A stretch of 28,613 nt of DNA from Acanthaster planci (Eukaryota), in the NCBI RefSeq assembly GCF_001949145.1, contig NW_019091362.1:186001-214613 (forward strand). The letters run 5' to 3'. Below are positions 1 through 13,300 of the stretch, one piece after another. How positions within the stretch are numbered: position 1 is the first letter of the stretch; the number at the start of each line of letters is the position of its first letter. Below the pieces are notes generated by a model, which saw nothing but the letters and a program-made list of their open reading frames with translations, did no database searches and was not told the origin of the DNA. The translations under genes were made by a program, and so were the position numbers.

Positions 1-1
1 G

Positions 2-181
2 AATAATGCCAACAACTTACAATTTGCATTGGATGAGGTCGCTGCCCCCAATCAGAGCCAAGACCAGAGACTTCAGGTTTCAGCATTTAGCCAGCCGTTT
101 GATGAGAGTTTATCAGTTAGTGATGACGTATCATGTTACAGCCAGTCGTCATCAACGCCAAGTCTGTCATTACATGACTGA
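2..181 (+). CDS. Candidate 3' end of the last coding exon of an upstream gene (Ser-rich tail NNANNLQFALDEVAAP...SSSTPSLSLHD*)
   Basis: Frame starting at nt 2 is open from the window edge to TGA at 179-181 and reads as a Ser/Asp/Gln-rich disordered tail. It is followed by a drop to T-rich UTR-like sequence. No homology recognised. Confidence 0.4.
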   Translation, partial: NNANNLQFALDEVAAPNQSQDQRLQVSAFSQPFDESLSVSDDVSCYSQSSSTPSLSLHD

Positions 182-981
182 AGGAATAATCCTTAAAATG
201 TCACAAGGATTTGGAAGCAGAAATAGACATGCACAGAATAGTTACTTTGTTTAGCAAAAGCTGCATTGTAAGAAAACATGAGTATATCAGTTAACCTATG
301 TTTGTTTACCGAGCAAATCTTGAAGTCCGGATTTTTTTTTTCTTTTGGCATTGCATATGAAATAATCCTTTTTATTTTGTTTTCTTTTTGTCTTTACTTT
401 GAAGGAAAAATTATGAATTATTTCAAAAAATACAAAGGGTCATTCTGTTCACATGTATCAGAAAAAGTAGAAAGCTGGAAAAATTATGGAAGAATTATTG
501 ATTTTCAGAAGTATTGGGTTTTTATAAGCATTAGGTATTACAGTTCAGTTAAACAGACTACTTGTTTAGGACAGTGGTTATAGATTTCTTCACTGATGAA
601 TGAGTTGATCTGAAGACACACTTGTCACATGAAGGAGCATTCCAGTGACCATGCACCATTACATACCTCTTAGAATGTGTGCCTAGCTATGCTCAGGTTA
701 TGACTTTCAGCCGTTAACGGCTGAAGACTTTGTGGTCGTTGGTGATATTTGTTTGAAGACCTTTCTCATATTACCTAAAAAACAACACTAGAGGATCCTT
801 TGCTTTGTGATGTTGTTTTTAAACAAGAAAATCCACATCCTCCTTGAGTGATCCCTGTTAGCCACTTCCCAGGTTGCATTGTGTAATTGGGGAGTGATCC
901 CTAGCTGTGTGGTTTAATGGCTTCTGACTAGCGCCCCCCCCCGGGCAAAGATATTGACAAATGGATAGAGCCACCAATGTA

Positions 982-1130
982 GGGCTGGATAGTTCAGTTC
1001 GTAGAGCATCGATATGGTATTCCGGAGGTCACAGGTTCAAATGCCACTCTGGTCAATTTCTTTGTTCATCTTTATAATCATGTGTAAGCACCAAGTGAGT
1101 TTCCCTATATAGTTTGTTTCATGGTTTATA
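982..1130 (+). mobile_element. tRNA-derived SINE (degenerate)
   Basis: Pol III A-box-like TAGTTCAGTTCG (990-1001) followed by TAGAGCA, and B-box-like GGTTCAAATGC (1034-1044), at tRNA-like spacing. Stems are imperfect and a non-tRNA tail follows. The 3' end is approximate. Confidence 0.7.
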
Positions 1131-2291
1131 AACACAGTTATCCTGTTTGTTTTTTAGGGTTCAGTTTGGTAATTTATGATGAGTTATTTTCAAAATTGTA
1201 AATTGCAAACATGTTCTGGACACATTTAAAAGTCGAGTTTTCACAAAGTTGATTGCCTTCTGAAATAACATTTAAGCTTGATGATTTGAGTTGAGAGAGA
1301 AGACAAGTGCAGGCAGATTTCCTTCCTAGTGTGTGGTGCACTAAGCAAAATTATTATACTACTCAGTATGCCACAAACATTCATTGAAAAACAGTGGTTG
1401 AAATTACTCAAAGTCCTTTGAATCGTTGAACTCACTTGCTTTCAACTTGTGCAATCATGGCATTAGCTTTCTGTGGGCCAAGTCATTTATCTGTCAAGTG
1501 TATTTATTTTATTGGGATCTAAGTATTACTTAATTGCTTTGAGCAATTGGATTCTGGTTATGCTGGAAATGATTTGTGTTGTCTGCAAGTACCTTCTAAC
1601 TGCTCTAACGTTCATCCAGATTCCTGATCTGTAATAGTCTTAGATTTCATGATAGTGTCCAGATGGCATATCATTGACTGTGATCTTGTCTGAAAGGCAT
1701 AAAATCCTGAGGGCGAGTACAAGTAATCTTTGCTCCACAAAAGCATTTTTTACTGGTCTTGTCACTGAACCCTTATGTGGACATTTTTTAAATAACAGAA
1801 TGAAGCTCTTGAAAATTATTTTTGTGAGTTTGGAAAATTTTTGATATGCAGATATCTCCACGAATGAAAATTTTGCGTTTACTGCCTACCTCTGTTCTGC
1901 TTTTTAAGTATTACATAAAGTTACACATTACTGTATTTGTAATTCATAACCTTGTGTTCATTTATTTATTTGTTTTGCCCACAGCATGTCCAAAGCTGCT
2001 TTATCATACTTTGTATACATGTACATTTGTAAATTCTATATTTGATTTATGCACGGTGTGCTGTATTTATAACTAGGAAAACATCACTGACACATGGAAA
2101 TTTTTTTTTAAAACGGTTGTCGTGGCATAGGATATTGTTGTCAAGGGTAAGGGTGGATTTGTGTTGACAAACAGAACTGTGAAAGACTGTGAAAAAAAAA
2201 TCTAGAATTCATCATTCAGTTGACTGTTGGCAAGTTTATGCATCTTGTCCTGTATTCATCTTGGTGGAATTGGATGATTTGCAATACTACG

Positions 2292-2773
2292 TTGTCATTG
2301 GACAAAAACCACTGAATTGTCGGCAGACAATACCACTGAATTGTCGTCAGACAGTACCACTNNNNNNNNNNNNNNNNNNNNNNNNNNNNNNNNNNNNNNN
2401 NNNNNNNNNNNNNNNNNNNNNNNNNNNNNNNNNNNNNNNNNNNNNNNNNNNNNNNNNNNNNNNNNNNNNNNNNNNNNNNNNNNNNNNNNNNNNNNNNNNN
2501 NNNNNNNNNNNNNNNNNNNNNNNNNNNNNNNNNNNNNNNNNNNNNNNNNNNNNNNNNNNNNNNNNNNNNNNNNNNNNNNNNNNNNNNNNNNNNNNNNNNN
2601 NNNNNNNNNNNNNNNNNNNNNNNNNNNNNNNNNNNNNNNNNNNNNNNNNNNNNNNNNNNNNNNNNNNNNNNNNNNNNNNNNNNNNNNNNNNNNNNNNNNN
2701 NNNNNNNNNNNNNNNNNNNNNNNNNNNNNNNNNNNNNNNNNNNNNNNNNGAATTGTCGTCAGACAATACCACT
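2292..2773. repeat. 24-bp minisatellite (ACCACTGAATTGTCGTCAGACAAT)n spanning an assembly gap
   Basis: About 3 units before and 1 after the N-gap at 2362-2749. Each unit contains the inverted repeat ATTGTC-N4-GACAAT. Confidence 0.8.
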
Positions 2774-4783
2774 TCATCATCATGGCCACACATCAAAAAG
2801 GCAGACATCTGTCTTTTCTTTTGCAATGGGATCACACAGGGTTCTAAATCATGGAAAATTGTCCATTTCTCAACCAAATCTTGCAGTTTCCCCGTGTTAT
2901 CACCAAAATGGATGCTGAATCATTCCAAACTTGCTTTTCAACTACATGCACAAATCTCACTCAAAGAATGTCTGCTGTCTTGAAAGGCCCACAAGCCAGA
3001 TAAAGATATTTTGGGGATAGGTATCAGGGGCACTGTTGTGGATCACCCTATTAGAAATAGTGATCTTGGAAATTGGTTAGTGATAACAGAAGTTACCATG
3101 TGGGCATTTCTTGTGATACAAGGCATTCTACTTCCTGCTGGGCGACCCGTTCTCGAGTACATAGGCTTTATATGCAGAGCCGGGGAGCCCGGAACTGGGA
3201 CAAAAGAGTTAAATGAAATGATGAATTTTTGAAGAATTTGAAAACGGAAAATCTTCAAAGGACCTGGCATCTTGTCTTGCTCAAGAAAAGTCCATCCGGC
3301 AGCAAGAGGTTAATATCCATAAGAGTTCCCAATCTCTTGTTTAAGGTCATCAAAAATCAGGCAGACTGTTCGAATCTGCATATAAGCAGATAACCATTTA
3401 CTCCACCTAGACTTGCCAACAGTCAGTGATTGTATTTATTTTGAAAACTTGCAGTTGAGAGATTCTGTACAGATGTAGAAAGAGCTATTTTGTTCAGATA
3501 TAAAACTGTTAGAAGCAGTATTCGGATTACATGTACATTATAGAAATATGAAGTAAATTTTGTACACCTTAAAAGCATTCAAGAGATGTATGTTACATGT
3601 ATTATGCAAACCAGAAAGTAATTTGTACACCCCACAATTGGTCAGTTTTTGTTGAGTGATTGAAGAATGTTTTTTAGCATTATGTAAAAGTATTGTTGGA
3701 TACTAAAGTTTCACAGATGTTATGAAATTGGAAGCTTCATCATTGTTCACTTTGGAAGCCCCAAATTTAGTCATTGGTTATATTTTTTTGAAAATTATTA
3801 ATTCAGGTCCAGTCCAAAAAAAAAGCAGGGTGAACCATTTCTTGAAGCAGTTTTTCAGTCCAGGGATGTCGTGTATAACTGCTTATCGATAAGTTTATTT
3901 CACAATTTTATCAGCTTGACCTGGGTTATGACCAAAATTTTTCCCTCATCAACGATGAGGAAAAAACCGAAATGGCTAGGATGTAGGGAAAGTATTTTGT
4001 CAGAAATGATTTTTGAGCCAAAGTTTAGATTTGAACTTGTTTGCTTGTTTTAACACAGACATGGTGCTTCAGCAGATGCAAGAGCTATCTTTCCCTATAA
4101 ACTCATGTCCGAGTGTCACTAGAAACACTTCTGTCCCTTCCATTTTATAACTTTTTGTGACCATGCCAACTTTTGTACTTAGCAGTCTTTTCACCAATGC
4201 CTGTCAGTTTCATTCCCCGGTAAAGAACTTAAGTAATGATTACAAACTTATGCATAATTAAGCTATGCTGAAAGTTGAATGTGTTGGTAATGAAAACGTT
4301 TGTTTTCTGCCAATTTTTATATATGTTACTCCAAATATGCAGATGTTTTGTATGAAGTCATATGCTTTGATACATTTTCCCGCAAAAAATTCTGACTTCT
4401 AAGTTTTTCATCAAGAGTGACTTCCTTATTAAGTGCAATATTCTTCCAGACGTAAGACAAATTGCATCATCCACGTTTACAAAGGTGTTTTGTATTCGTT
4501 GCTGTGTATGTGTTAGGATTTCAAAGAACTAGCATTTAGGTTGGTTTTAACACTGGACTATATTCCTGTATTCTTTGTGGTCACACATCCAAGTGCTTCA
4601 TTCACAAAGTGTATGATACATGTCAAGCATATCAGGGACGACAGAAAAAAAAGAAGAAATTAAATGAGTACAATATGAAATGCAACGGCCTCCGTTCTGT
4701 AATTCATTGGCTTTGTGTCATGGTAATCAGATGAAATCTTGTAATCGTCATGTGATTTTGATTTTCCAAATTCCCTCACTTTC

Positions 4784-4805
4784 AATAAACTACCATTTTT
4801 TTATT
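4784..4805. terminator. Candidate convergent polyadenylation signals (AATAAA + at 4784-4789; AATAAA - at 4800-4805)
   Basis: Both hexamers are present. By eye the plus strand is T-rich before and more A-rich after this point. Another minus-strand AATAAA lies at 5880-5885. Confidence 0.3.
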
Positions 4806-6438
4806 TAAACTTGACCTGCTTATAGTCTCTCTGTTACCTAAATGTCATCACATTTAATAGTCACACTTATCATTCTGGAATATCTACAGATCATGAAACA
4901 CAAATTATCTCAGTACAAAAATGTGAATAGATATACCAATTAGTGAATTACTGATGGAGGGAAAGCTCCAAATATGTAGCTTCATTTACATGTACATTTG
5001 AGTTTTCTAACACCAAAAACTGCCTACTGACCAAATGAACATTCTGAACAGTGGGCTAAAGTTAAACTAAAATACATGTAGATTAAAGAATAGATAAACA
5101 TGAAGAAATGTCATTTGAAAGAAGTACTTGCCACTGAAGGAAGGAGTGTAAATATAATTCACACTACTGAAATTTTTCTCAGATTTCAGAAACTATAAAT
5201 TTGAATTATATTTGTATGAATACCTTCAAAGATTGCTACCACTAAGTTACTTGGAATCCAATTAAGAACTGCATAATTGTTAGGCTTAATGACTGTAATA
5301 TTCTATTAAATATCAGACCATATTCCTCTGAGACCTGTTCTATCCCCAACCTCCTGGCTGCTTACTCTCTGCACTCCTGCTTTTCTAGATTCATCAGGGA
5401 ATAAACACAATTGATATATAAATATGATACAGGTGATGATGGGGTTTCTAAACATTAACAAATGTCATCTGCACATTGAGTAAGTGCTGCAAACTGAGAC
5501 ATAGATTACAATGTGCCTAATTTTTCACGAGAAAAAACCCAGCCAGAAATCAGCTATCAGTGACTCCTCATGACAAAGCTAAGCTATTTTCTGGAATCTC
5601 TACTGTTAAATACAAAACAAGAATTCAGACTGTCCAAATATCACATTATTCTGCTACTAAAATCTGTCTTTGTCAAGCTTTTTTTTTAATCTCGAGCCTT
5701 GTCTAAAATAGGTGTCCAGAGGTATGGCCATGTTGGCTTGTTCCCGCTTTAAGATTTTGAATGGTGGATGACCTGCACTTAGCCCTACATGTAGACAATA
5801 GTGTCAGATGCAGCCTCAGATTAGAAGTAAAACCTTCGCATTGATGCCTCAGAAGTACATGGTTTGGGTTATTTTATATTTTATTTAAGATACGCAGTAA
5901 ACACAGTATTTAAAGTATTTATACAATTGTATAAAAATGCAGCCACATTGAAACAGAATCTCTCTTAATGGTTTAATCACAGTGCAGGAAAGTATAAGTC
6001 CATCCAGTGACCTTCAGTATCATTGTGCGTCCAATCTATACATATTGTATGTACAACTCACATGCAAATTAGGCAGCGACTTGAAATGGTAAGTCCACAG
6101 CCATGGAGCTATAGCTCCAAGGTCCAGCCGAGTAAGCCACTCAGAAGTAGCTGCAGCAAGATCCCATAGATACATTTATGTGTTAAACCACAGCCAACTG
6201 ATTTGGATACAGCCTTGTGCTGCATATGTTCCAGTGATTGCTGAATATGAATTTTTTTCTCATTTCAAAACGGGCAATTTGAAGGTCTTTAAGAATTGAT
6301 AAAATAGAAATATTTCACAATAGCCATTTTTCTGTGTGAAATCCTAATTGTTCACTTTCCCCTTTAGAAGTACACCTCATGAATCCACTTCCAGGCTCTA
6401 TCACGTTATTTGACACATTTCTCAGCATTCAATGAGAT

Positions 6439-6954
6439 ACAAATACTGACTGCTTCGAGTGGTGTGGTAAAACTAGCCTCCAAAGGTGATCCATGGAACA
6501 TTTCATTTTTCTAAGGCGAAGTTAAGGGAAAATAGAATGCTCCTGAATGCTCTCCTGAGAGACTAGTTTTACTTCACCATGAGATCAACAAGTCAGTATT
6601 TGTTTGACAATACCTCTCCCACAGATTCTGCTTGAGTTGAGCGATAACCAGCAATAGGTTATTTGATCTGTTTGAACCCAAATTTGTAGATAATTTATCA
6701 GTACTTTTCCAAACCACCTTTTTATGCAATGTCTGAACCAAGCTCTTTAGTATCAGCACTTTGGAATTCCCACAATGTGCATCATGTACACCAATACACA
6801 TTTGCACTCAATGCTGGTAATTATGCATGTAATTCTCTGTCTGCTACGGGCATGGTTCTTTTGATCATGTAAAGCAAGATAGCAAAAAAAGCAAATGCCA
6901 CGTGACTAGCTCTCAGCCAATCAAGATACAGAATCTGTTGGTGAGGTGTTATAA
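6439..6954. mobile_element. Non-autonomous repeat with internal inverted repeat (possibly Crypton-type), downstream of the SPFH stop codon
   Basis: ACAAATACTGACT..GGTGTGGTAAAACTAG (6439-6476) pairs with CTAGTTTTACTTCACC..AGTCAGTATTTGT (6563-6603). The distal end CAGCCAATCAAGA..GGTGTTATAA resembles ends I associate with such invertebrate elements; the family assignment is from memory. Confidence 0.4.
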
Positions 6955-7100
6955 TCACAAACATTCCTTAACAGTACACAAATTCTGTTTAACTTGAAAA
7001 GTAATTATTATACAAACCTGCTTCTATAAACTGGTATCTTGAAGAAAGCTCTATACCTGAAACAAGATTTTCCTTTATCATGGCCACCATGTAGCCTGTT

Positions 7101-7376
7101 TTATGTCTGGCCACCATACACCGGCCCTGTCACCAACGTATTGAAGTTCACTGTCAAGAACACATTAGTCTGGTCTCGTAATGTCCTAATGTAGTTGAGG
7201 GAGGCTTTTTGGTCTTGGTTCGTGATGCCTAGATCAGTGTACAGTTTGGACAGCCCACGGTTGTAGGAATCCTCTACGACTGCTCGAGCCTCAGCGTTTG
7301 CCTGGGACAGGATCAGCGCAGCTTGGGCAGTTGCATTCTGGGATATCTCTTCGGCTGCATTTTGAATCTGTGTCAC
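7101..7376 (-). CDS. SPFH gene last coding exon (VTQIQNAAEE...PVYGGQT*)
   Basis: Acceptor TTTGAAACAG|, coiled-coil composition, TAA at 7103-7101. Confidence 0.88.
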   Translation of the reverse strand: MTQIQNAAEEISQNATAQAALILSQANAEARAVVEDSYNRGLSKLYTDLGITNQDQKASLNYIRTLRDQTNVFLTVNFNTLVTGPVYGGQT

Positions 7377-10300
7377 CTGTTTCAAAGTCCAACATGAAAT
7401 ACTTCAGTCTAAAGTGGTTTATCTCATGCTTTGTATCATTTCATTTAAAACTCTCTTCTCGAATTGAATTCTTATTTCATGAAGCAGTTACACTTTCCCT
7501 TTTCAGAAAAGTGGCAGGTGTAACCACACATCAACTATGGCAGGAAAAGAAGGAATTTTGCCCTTGGCTCCAAAATGTTCCATAACCTTTTACTAAGCAC
7601 TGAAATATGCTTGAATTGAAATTAATTTAGGGCCGATGACGACTGGAAACGCAAATGAAAATTTAAATAAACTCTGGTATATGGACAGTACATGCATGTG
7701 GAAACGGCCATGTAGCCATGGGTCCAGTGCTTTAGAATGGCACCTAGCACTAGTATAACAGAGTTACACACAATATTTGGCCACAAATGAATGATAGCTG
7801 GACTTCACTTGGAAATCCAACTTCCTGTGAGAATATAACCCAAAACTTGAAATATTGAAGAGAAAGACCATACATTTGACATAATGTGCAGATGATCAGG
7901 CCTCAAAATAGTACTAGCCTGGTGTACAAATTCTAGCGAAAAATGGTCTGGGCTACCTAATCTTGGTTCTTTGGTTGCCTGGTGGGCTTGTGAAAAATTC
8001 ATAATAAGCCTACCTGTTAAAACTTAGATCAAAATATATAACACTTTTCATGATAATAAATACAAGATCGGAAAAACTGAGTCGTTGTGGATGTGTTTTA
8101 ACTTGTGTTTTTGAAACGTGATGCTCGCGGGATAGGGCGATAAGCGGCCGTGAATGCCACGGACAGCATAGCATAGCACACACGGCATGATACCGCATGT
8201 GCACACTATTCTCGTTCACTGTTTAGGCCTTTTCTGCTTCTGACTACATGCCTCTCAAAAATAGTATCGGTAGGTCTGAATTTTGGTTAGTCAATTTTTT
8301 GTACTGATGTAATAGCCTGAATGGGGATGAAAGCTTTCAAATATTGTCCCAAACAGTGATAAAAACATGTCTTGATATATGTAAAATTTCTGAAGTCGAC
8401 AGATCACAAGAATTATGGACAAATCACACAATGTTAGTCAGGTAATCACGACGGCAAACTGGACAGCAATGTTCGTGTATCGCGTGGTAAGCGTACATGA
8501 TGCATCCAGACGGGCAGGCGATAAACTGCGTACCGTGGCAGGAACTTGTGAGCACAGAAAATAAATAAACAAGAGACCAAGTTCTGCGAATTAACTTGAA
8601 GAAATCCTCTTGCAACATTGATGTTTTTCGACCTGCACCTGTATGGCTGCATGCGTCTACGACACCGATGTAGTTATAATTGACTTGTGACTGGGACGTA
8701 AAGACTGGTTAGCACATTTCCATCACGTGTTCTTTTGCATGGGCGCAGCGTGGTGGGAACCAGCGCAGCTTTGCCTTCATGCATTGAGCTTTGCGCATTT
8801 GTTTTCACCACCGCGACCGAAACGCGAGTGGAACTTGTGAAAATGACGGAAGTTTCTTTTCAAAAATTGCAAATGTAAGTAGGAAAACATATAAAAACAA
8901 GTGTTTTAACATAAGAAGGGGTTGTTGAAAGGTGTTTTGTGAAGACAGAAAAGACAATGGCATTGATTTTTAAATTTTTTTTTAATTTTGTAAATTTGTT
9001 TTTCCAACTTGCCGATAAAAATTTTAGGGTCGCGCTGAAAAATTTAGGGGTGGTCGGGAAAGTTTTTTGGGGGGCCTTATCAATTTTCAGACCTTAACTG
9101 ACCACAGCTAACTGCACTGGGCATTGCAGGAGTCCTTGAAAGCATTTGATATGAAGCCTACACAAAGCCGCGTGCAAACAGCACCCTCTTCTGATTGGAA
9201 AAAGTTTTCACTTGTTCACCGTGCACGTGTGGAAGTCAGAAAGTAAGCAAAAGGTGGTAATTTTTGCCAAACGTAAGCAACCCAAATGAGAGAAAAGACA
9301 GAGCAAAGAGATGATTTTGATCCCAACTCCGTGACCAGTGACTCCAGTGACTTTTAACTAACATACATGCCTCTTTATTTACTTATACCATCAGCCTTTT
9401 ATTTCTGAAATGTCAAATTCTTTTGTGGTAAGTTGATAACAAATTTTGGGTTTTTAAAATTTTTTTATATACAAGCTAGTCAAACTCAAAACGGGCTGGT
9501 AAAATATCCAGTTAACTAGCCCAGTGGGCTAACCAGGAAAAAAGTTAGCGCAAGGCCTGATGATGTATTTAAAACCTTTTTTTGGTATGAAGTGCAAGTG
9601 TTGGCCACAAACCCTCATGCTAACACAGACCGCGTTCCTACTTGATCCACCGACTGAGGGATCTGATCCATCTTTTGCCAAATTGCCGGATCAGATCCTT
9701 CAATTGGTGGATCAGATCCGGCAATTGGCGGATCACGATCAGATGGGAATGCAAAAGGTGGATCTGATCTGGCAATATGACCTGTCAACATCCGTCCGTG
9801 CATGGAATGGCACAAAACTTTTGCGGTCTGATGAACAAAAAAATATGTTTTGCACAGCATGCACAATAAACAACTGCCCAACTACGGGCTAGCAAAATGT
9901 GTCACCATACCGCTACATGCGCAATGCATGCATGCCGCGATGTGTACCTTGCCCTTTCACAATTTTCGTTGCGCATTCATCCGTTTCTTAACCTTTTTCA
10001 TTTGTGTAATTTCACTTACTTTCCATCAAAAACTAATTCCTTGTTAGTGTATAGCCCGCAGCTTGTGACAGAGTATCAAAAACAGTAGCAAAGTTTGAAG
10101 AGACAATGTACTAGGCTGAACATTTGGTCTGATTCAAGGTCGTCATGTCAGTAGAACACCGCACCCAAAACAGGGTCTCGACATTTCCGTGCGAAAAGGT
10201 GGATCAAGCGTAAGTGGGAACGCAACTTGTGGTTTCGTTGCGGTAAAATAACGATCACACCAAAATGCCAGATCAAGATCCACCTTTTCCCAATTCAAGT

Positions 10301-13300
10301 TGGAACGCTCTGATATTGGCAAGTCAGTTCATCACATAATCTGAACAGGCCAGGGGCCAGGTGAATTGGCAACTAAACTCACTACATCTATACCAAATGA
10401 CCACTAGACTGGGATCCCCTTATGTTCATTACACTAGCGTTGTATTGCACATATCTTGTCTTGTGTACTGTATCACTAATCTCATTGCTGCTATAAAAAA
10501 TGAATCCAAAAAGTCTAACTCTTATATCCTTATGAGTGCAAGATGTCCCTCACACAAACTGCTACATGCATGCATGTGAAATTTCTCTATCTCACATCCT
10601 GCAAGAAAGATCGTGGTGATGAAAAAGCTAAACTGCGGAGACTCAACTTAATTTTGGCTGATTGGCACAAGTTAATTCTGCAACACGATCACACGCCCAA
10701 TCTATGACCACATGTCCCATAAATATCTCTTACGAGAGACTTGGCTCACCATTTCTTCGGTACGTATTCTAACAAGCTGAGCTAGCTGGATGTACTCCTC
10801 ACGAAAGCCATCTTCCAACTGTGTCAGCGTCTGCAAGTTGCGGCTGATGACATCATCAGGGATGTCCACAAACCCAAGCTGGAAGTAGCGCACATCCGCA
10901 AAGAATCCCTTGTCTTCCTTGGTGCAATCTTCAACTTTTTTACATCCAACTTCACAACCTGTTGGAGCAAAATTAAGCAGGGTACATGAACATGTAACTT
11001 TGGAACACTTTTATAGGTATTTAAAAAACTTTTCAAAATAACTGAACGAAGAGTGCATGTTACAAATAATAGGTCGACTCCACAGAGCCAGTTTGTGCAG
11101 GTTTCATCTATCATTTGATTATTCTTTTGTGCTTAGCAGATATGGTAGTCTTGGAGGAGTTTGGGTGTCTAAAATGCACCACACTTGCACTTTATCCTAA
11201 ATTCCTTTGTTTATTTACTGCACACTGACAAGTATGTGAAGGACTGTCTGGTGGCCCCTCTAGCCTGACAGACAAAATCTCTTGATGCCTGAGTATTTCA
11301 GCCAGGCCTGCAGCCTTGTAAAAAGAGCCCAGATTGTGCAGTGTTATATAACTTCCTTTTGTTCATGAACCTGGCTCAGTGCACTGCTGACCTCTTTTCA
11401 ATAGGGGCCAGATTAGCGTGCAGTGGTGCTATGTGGCTCATCGCTGCGGTGGTGGAGCGCTTTTGTCCCAGGTGGTAATCCGCTCGCTCTAAATGCCCCA
11501 AACTGTGGTATACTGTTTCAAACAGGGCTGGATTATCTCCACTTTTGAAAGTAAAAAAATGTGGGTAATGCCCAGCAACCTGGTCTTTTGTTTCGAGTAC
11601 GGTCTTTTGTTTCAAGTACGGTCCTTTGTTACAAGGCCCTGTTCCCTTTGTCCGAGTTCGGAGACCCCGGCCACACATATAAATCATTCACGTCCGGATC
11701 CAGAATCCCCGACAGGAAGTGGTTAACGCACAAAAAAAATCACAAATAAAATTTAAGACTTCTCAATTTTGTAAAAACAAAGTTTTAAGGACTTCCATGT
11801 AAGTACTTGAAAAGTATTTGGCCAAGTACTTTTCCCGTAATTTGCTATTTAATTTTTTTTCTATTAAACAGTGTTAGTACGCACAGTGGTCATCATATTA
11901 TTTTGTATTAAACCTTTCCTTTATACGTTTACCTTCCAATGCCCATGTCCTTTAGCTTTGTTCCCTCCTAACCAGTTCAATATTTGGAAGATAACTTGGT
12001 ACTTACAAGTATTTGACCACAACACTGTAAACTCCTTTTACATTATTGACATGTAATTAACAGAATAAAAGCAAATTATACCATGAGTACAACCACACCA
12101 ATTACTTTAGACAAGTCTTTAATCTGACAAAAATATCGCCGACTTGAAATGCTTTGGAACAAAGATAAATTGGCTACCAACCTTCTGGTGAGTTCTGACA
12201 TCCAGGTTTACAACAGTTTCCTCCCAGACGTTTCTTAACTGCATTAAACATAGTCTTCTCAATCTCAGCTCTCTTCTCACCAAAGTCCCGCGTACTGAAG
12301 TCCACCGTGGCTCCCTTCAGTTCATCAATGGCATTGTTACGAAGGATATCCTCATACTGAATGTCATACGTATCATGAAGATCCTGCAAATCTTCTTCCC
12401 GCAAGAAATACTGGAAAGTGCAGTCTAACCTGACCTGCAAAGGAAACACGTATCGTTTCTGTTGACAACAAAAGCAATAATCTTTTGTCCATATTCTCAT
12501 CTGCTCTTCAATAATTCAAGTCCGTAATCTATTTCTATATAACATTTTAAAATTACTTTACTGCAAGAGAAAATTTTTAGCGACACTGTTAATGAATGAT
12601 CTTTGTTATTTGAATGAGACTGCGTCTGAAAGTTCTGGCTGTGGCTAGCTTTCTCATGCACGTCTAATGGAAGTGGTTGCAGCCACTCACCAGTACACTC
12701 AACTGGAACATGTTATAGCTATCTCTAGCCACAACATTCCCAGACAATAAAACATCCCACATTACACAAGCGACATTAACAGGGTTGCACTGAGTGTGTT
12801 ACCCTACACAAACGGTAAGGGGTATGACCCATAGTAAGCAAGAGCTTCACCCATTGTGCCAGGAGCCCTTGTATCACACGGTTATTTCAAGATGGCAGAC
12901 AGGTGCATGTACGTGTACATGTTTTCCATACAGATGATGTAATCCAAGAATGGTACACCTTTATTATTCTCCTGCACCCGCAAGTATCAAGAGCAACACA
13001 TGCAAATGCAGCCCATAAGTGCATCGGTTTTCAAAGACAACAGAGTCTGTCATTGGACAAATAAAGAAACTTGTCATTCAGTACTTGGGACCAATCAGAT
13101 AAGTATATGACAGTATTTGCATTTGACGAAAAATGCAGTTTCGTCTGTCCTCAAGCCATAACAGCATCTGAAAATGTAGGAAAATTCACATTAATTTCTC
13201 TGTTTTGCTGTTTCTGTCTGATATGGCAACATCAGGCTAGTATATATTCCCCAGGGAGCTGAGATGGTCTCAGAAATGATTGCCTGTTGTGAGCCAATGT

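Noticed and set aside
6..254. 82-aa ORF as a gene
   Set aside because: No recognisable features; the overlapping frame 2-181 looks more like real protein sequence.
982..1055. Functional tRNA gene
   Set aside because: A/B boxes are present but acceptor, anticodon and T stems pair poorly and a SINE-like body follows.
2292..2773. CRISPR array (palindromic ~24-bp repeats)
   Set aside because: Units are contiguous with no unique spacers, there are no cas genes, and the context is eukaryotic.
2189..2983. Long ORFs spanning N-runs (also 19044-19498 and 23707-24654)
   Set aside because: Artefacts of translating assembly gaps.
2780..3313. piggyBac-like MITE ending AGAGG|TTAA
   Set aside because: Only one plausible end; no matching left terminus found.
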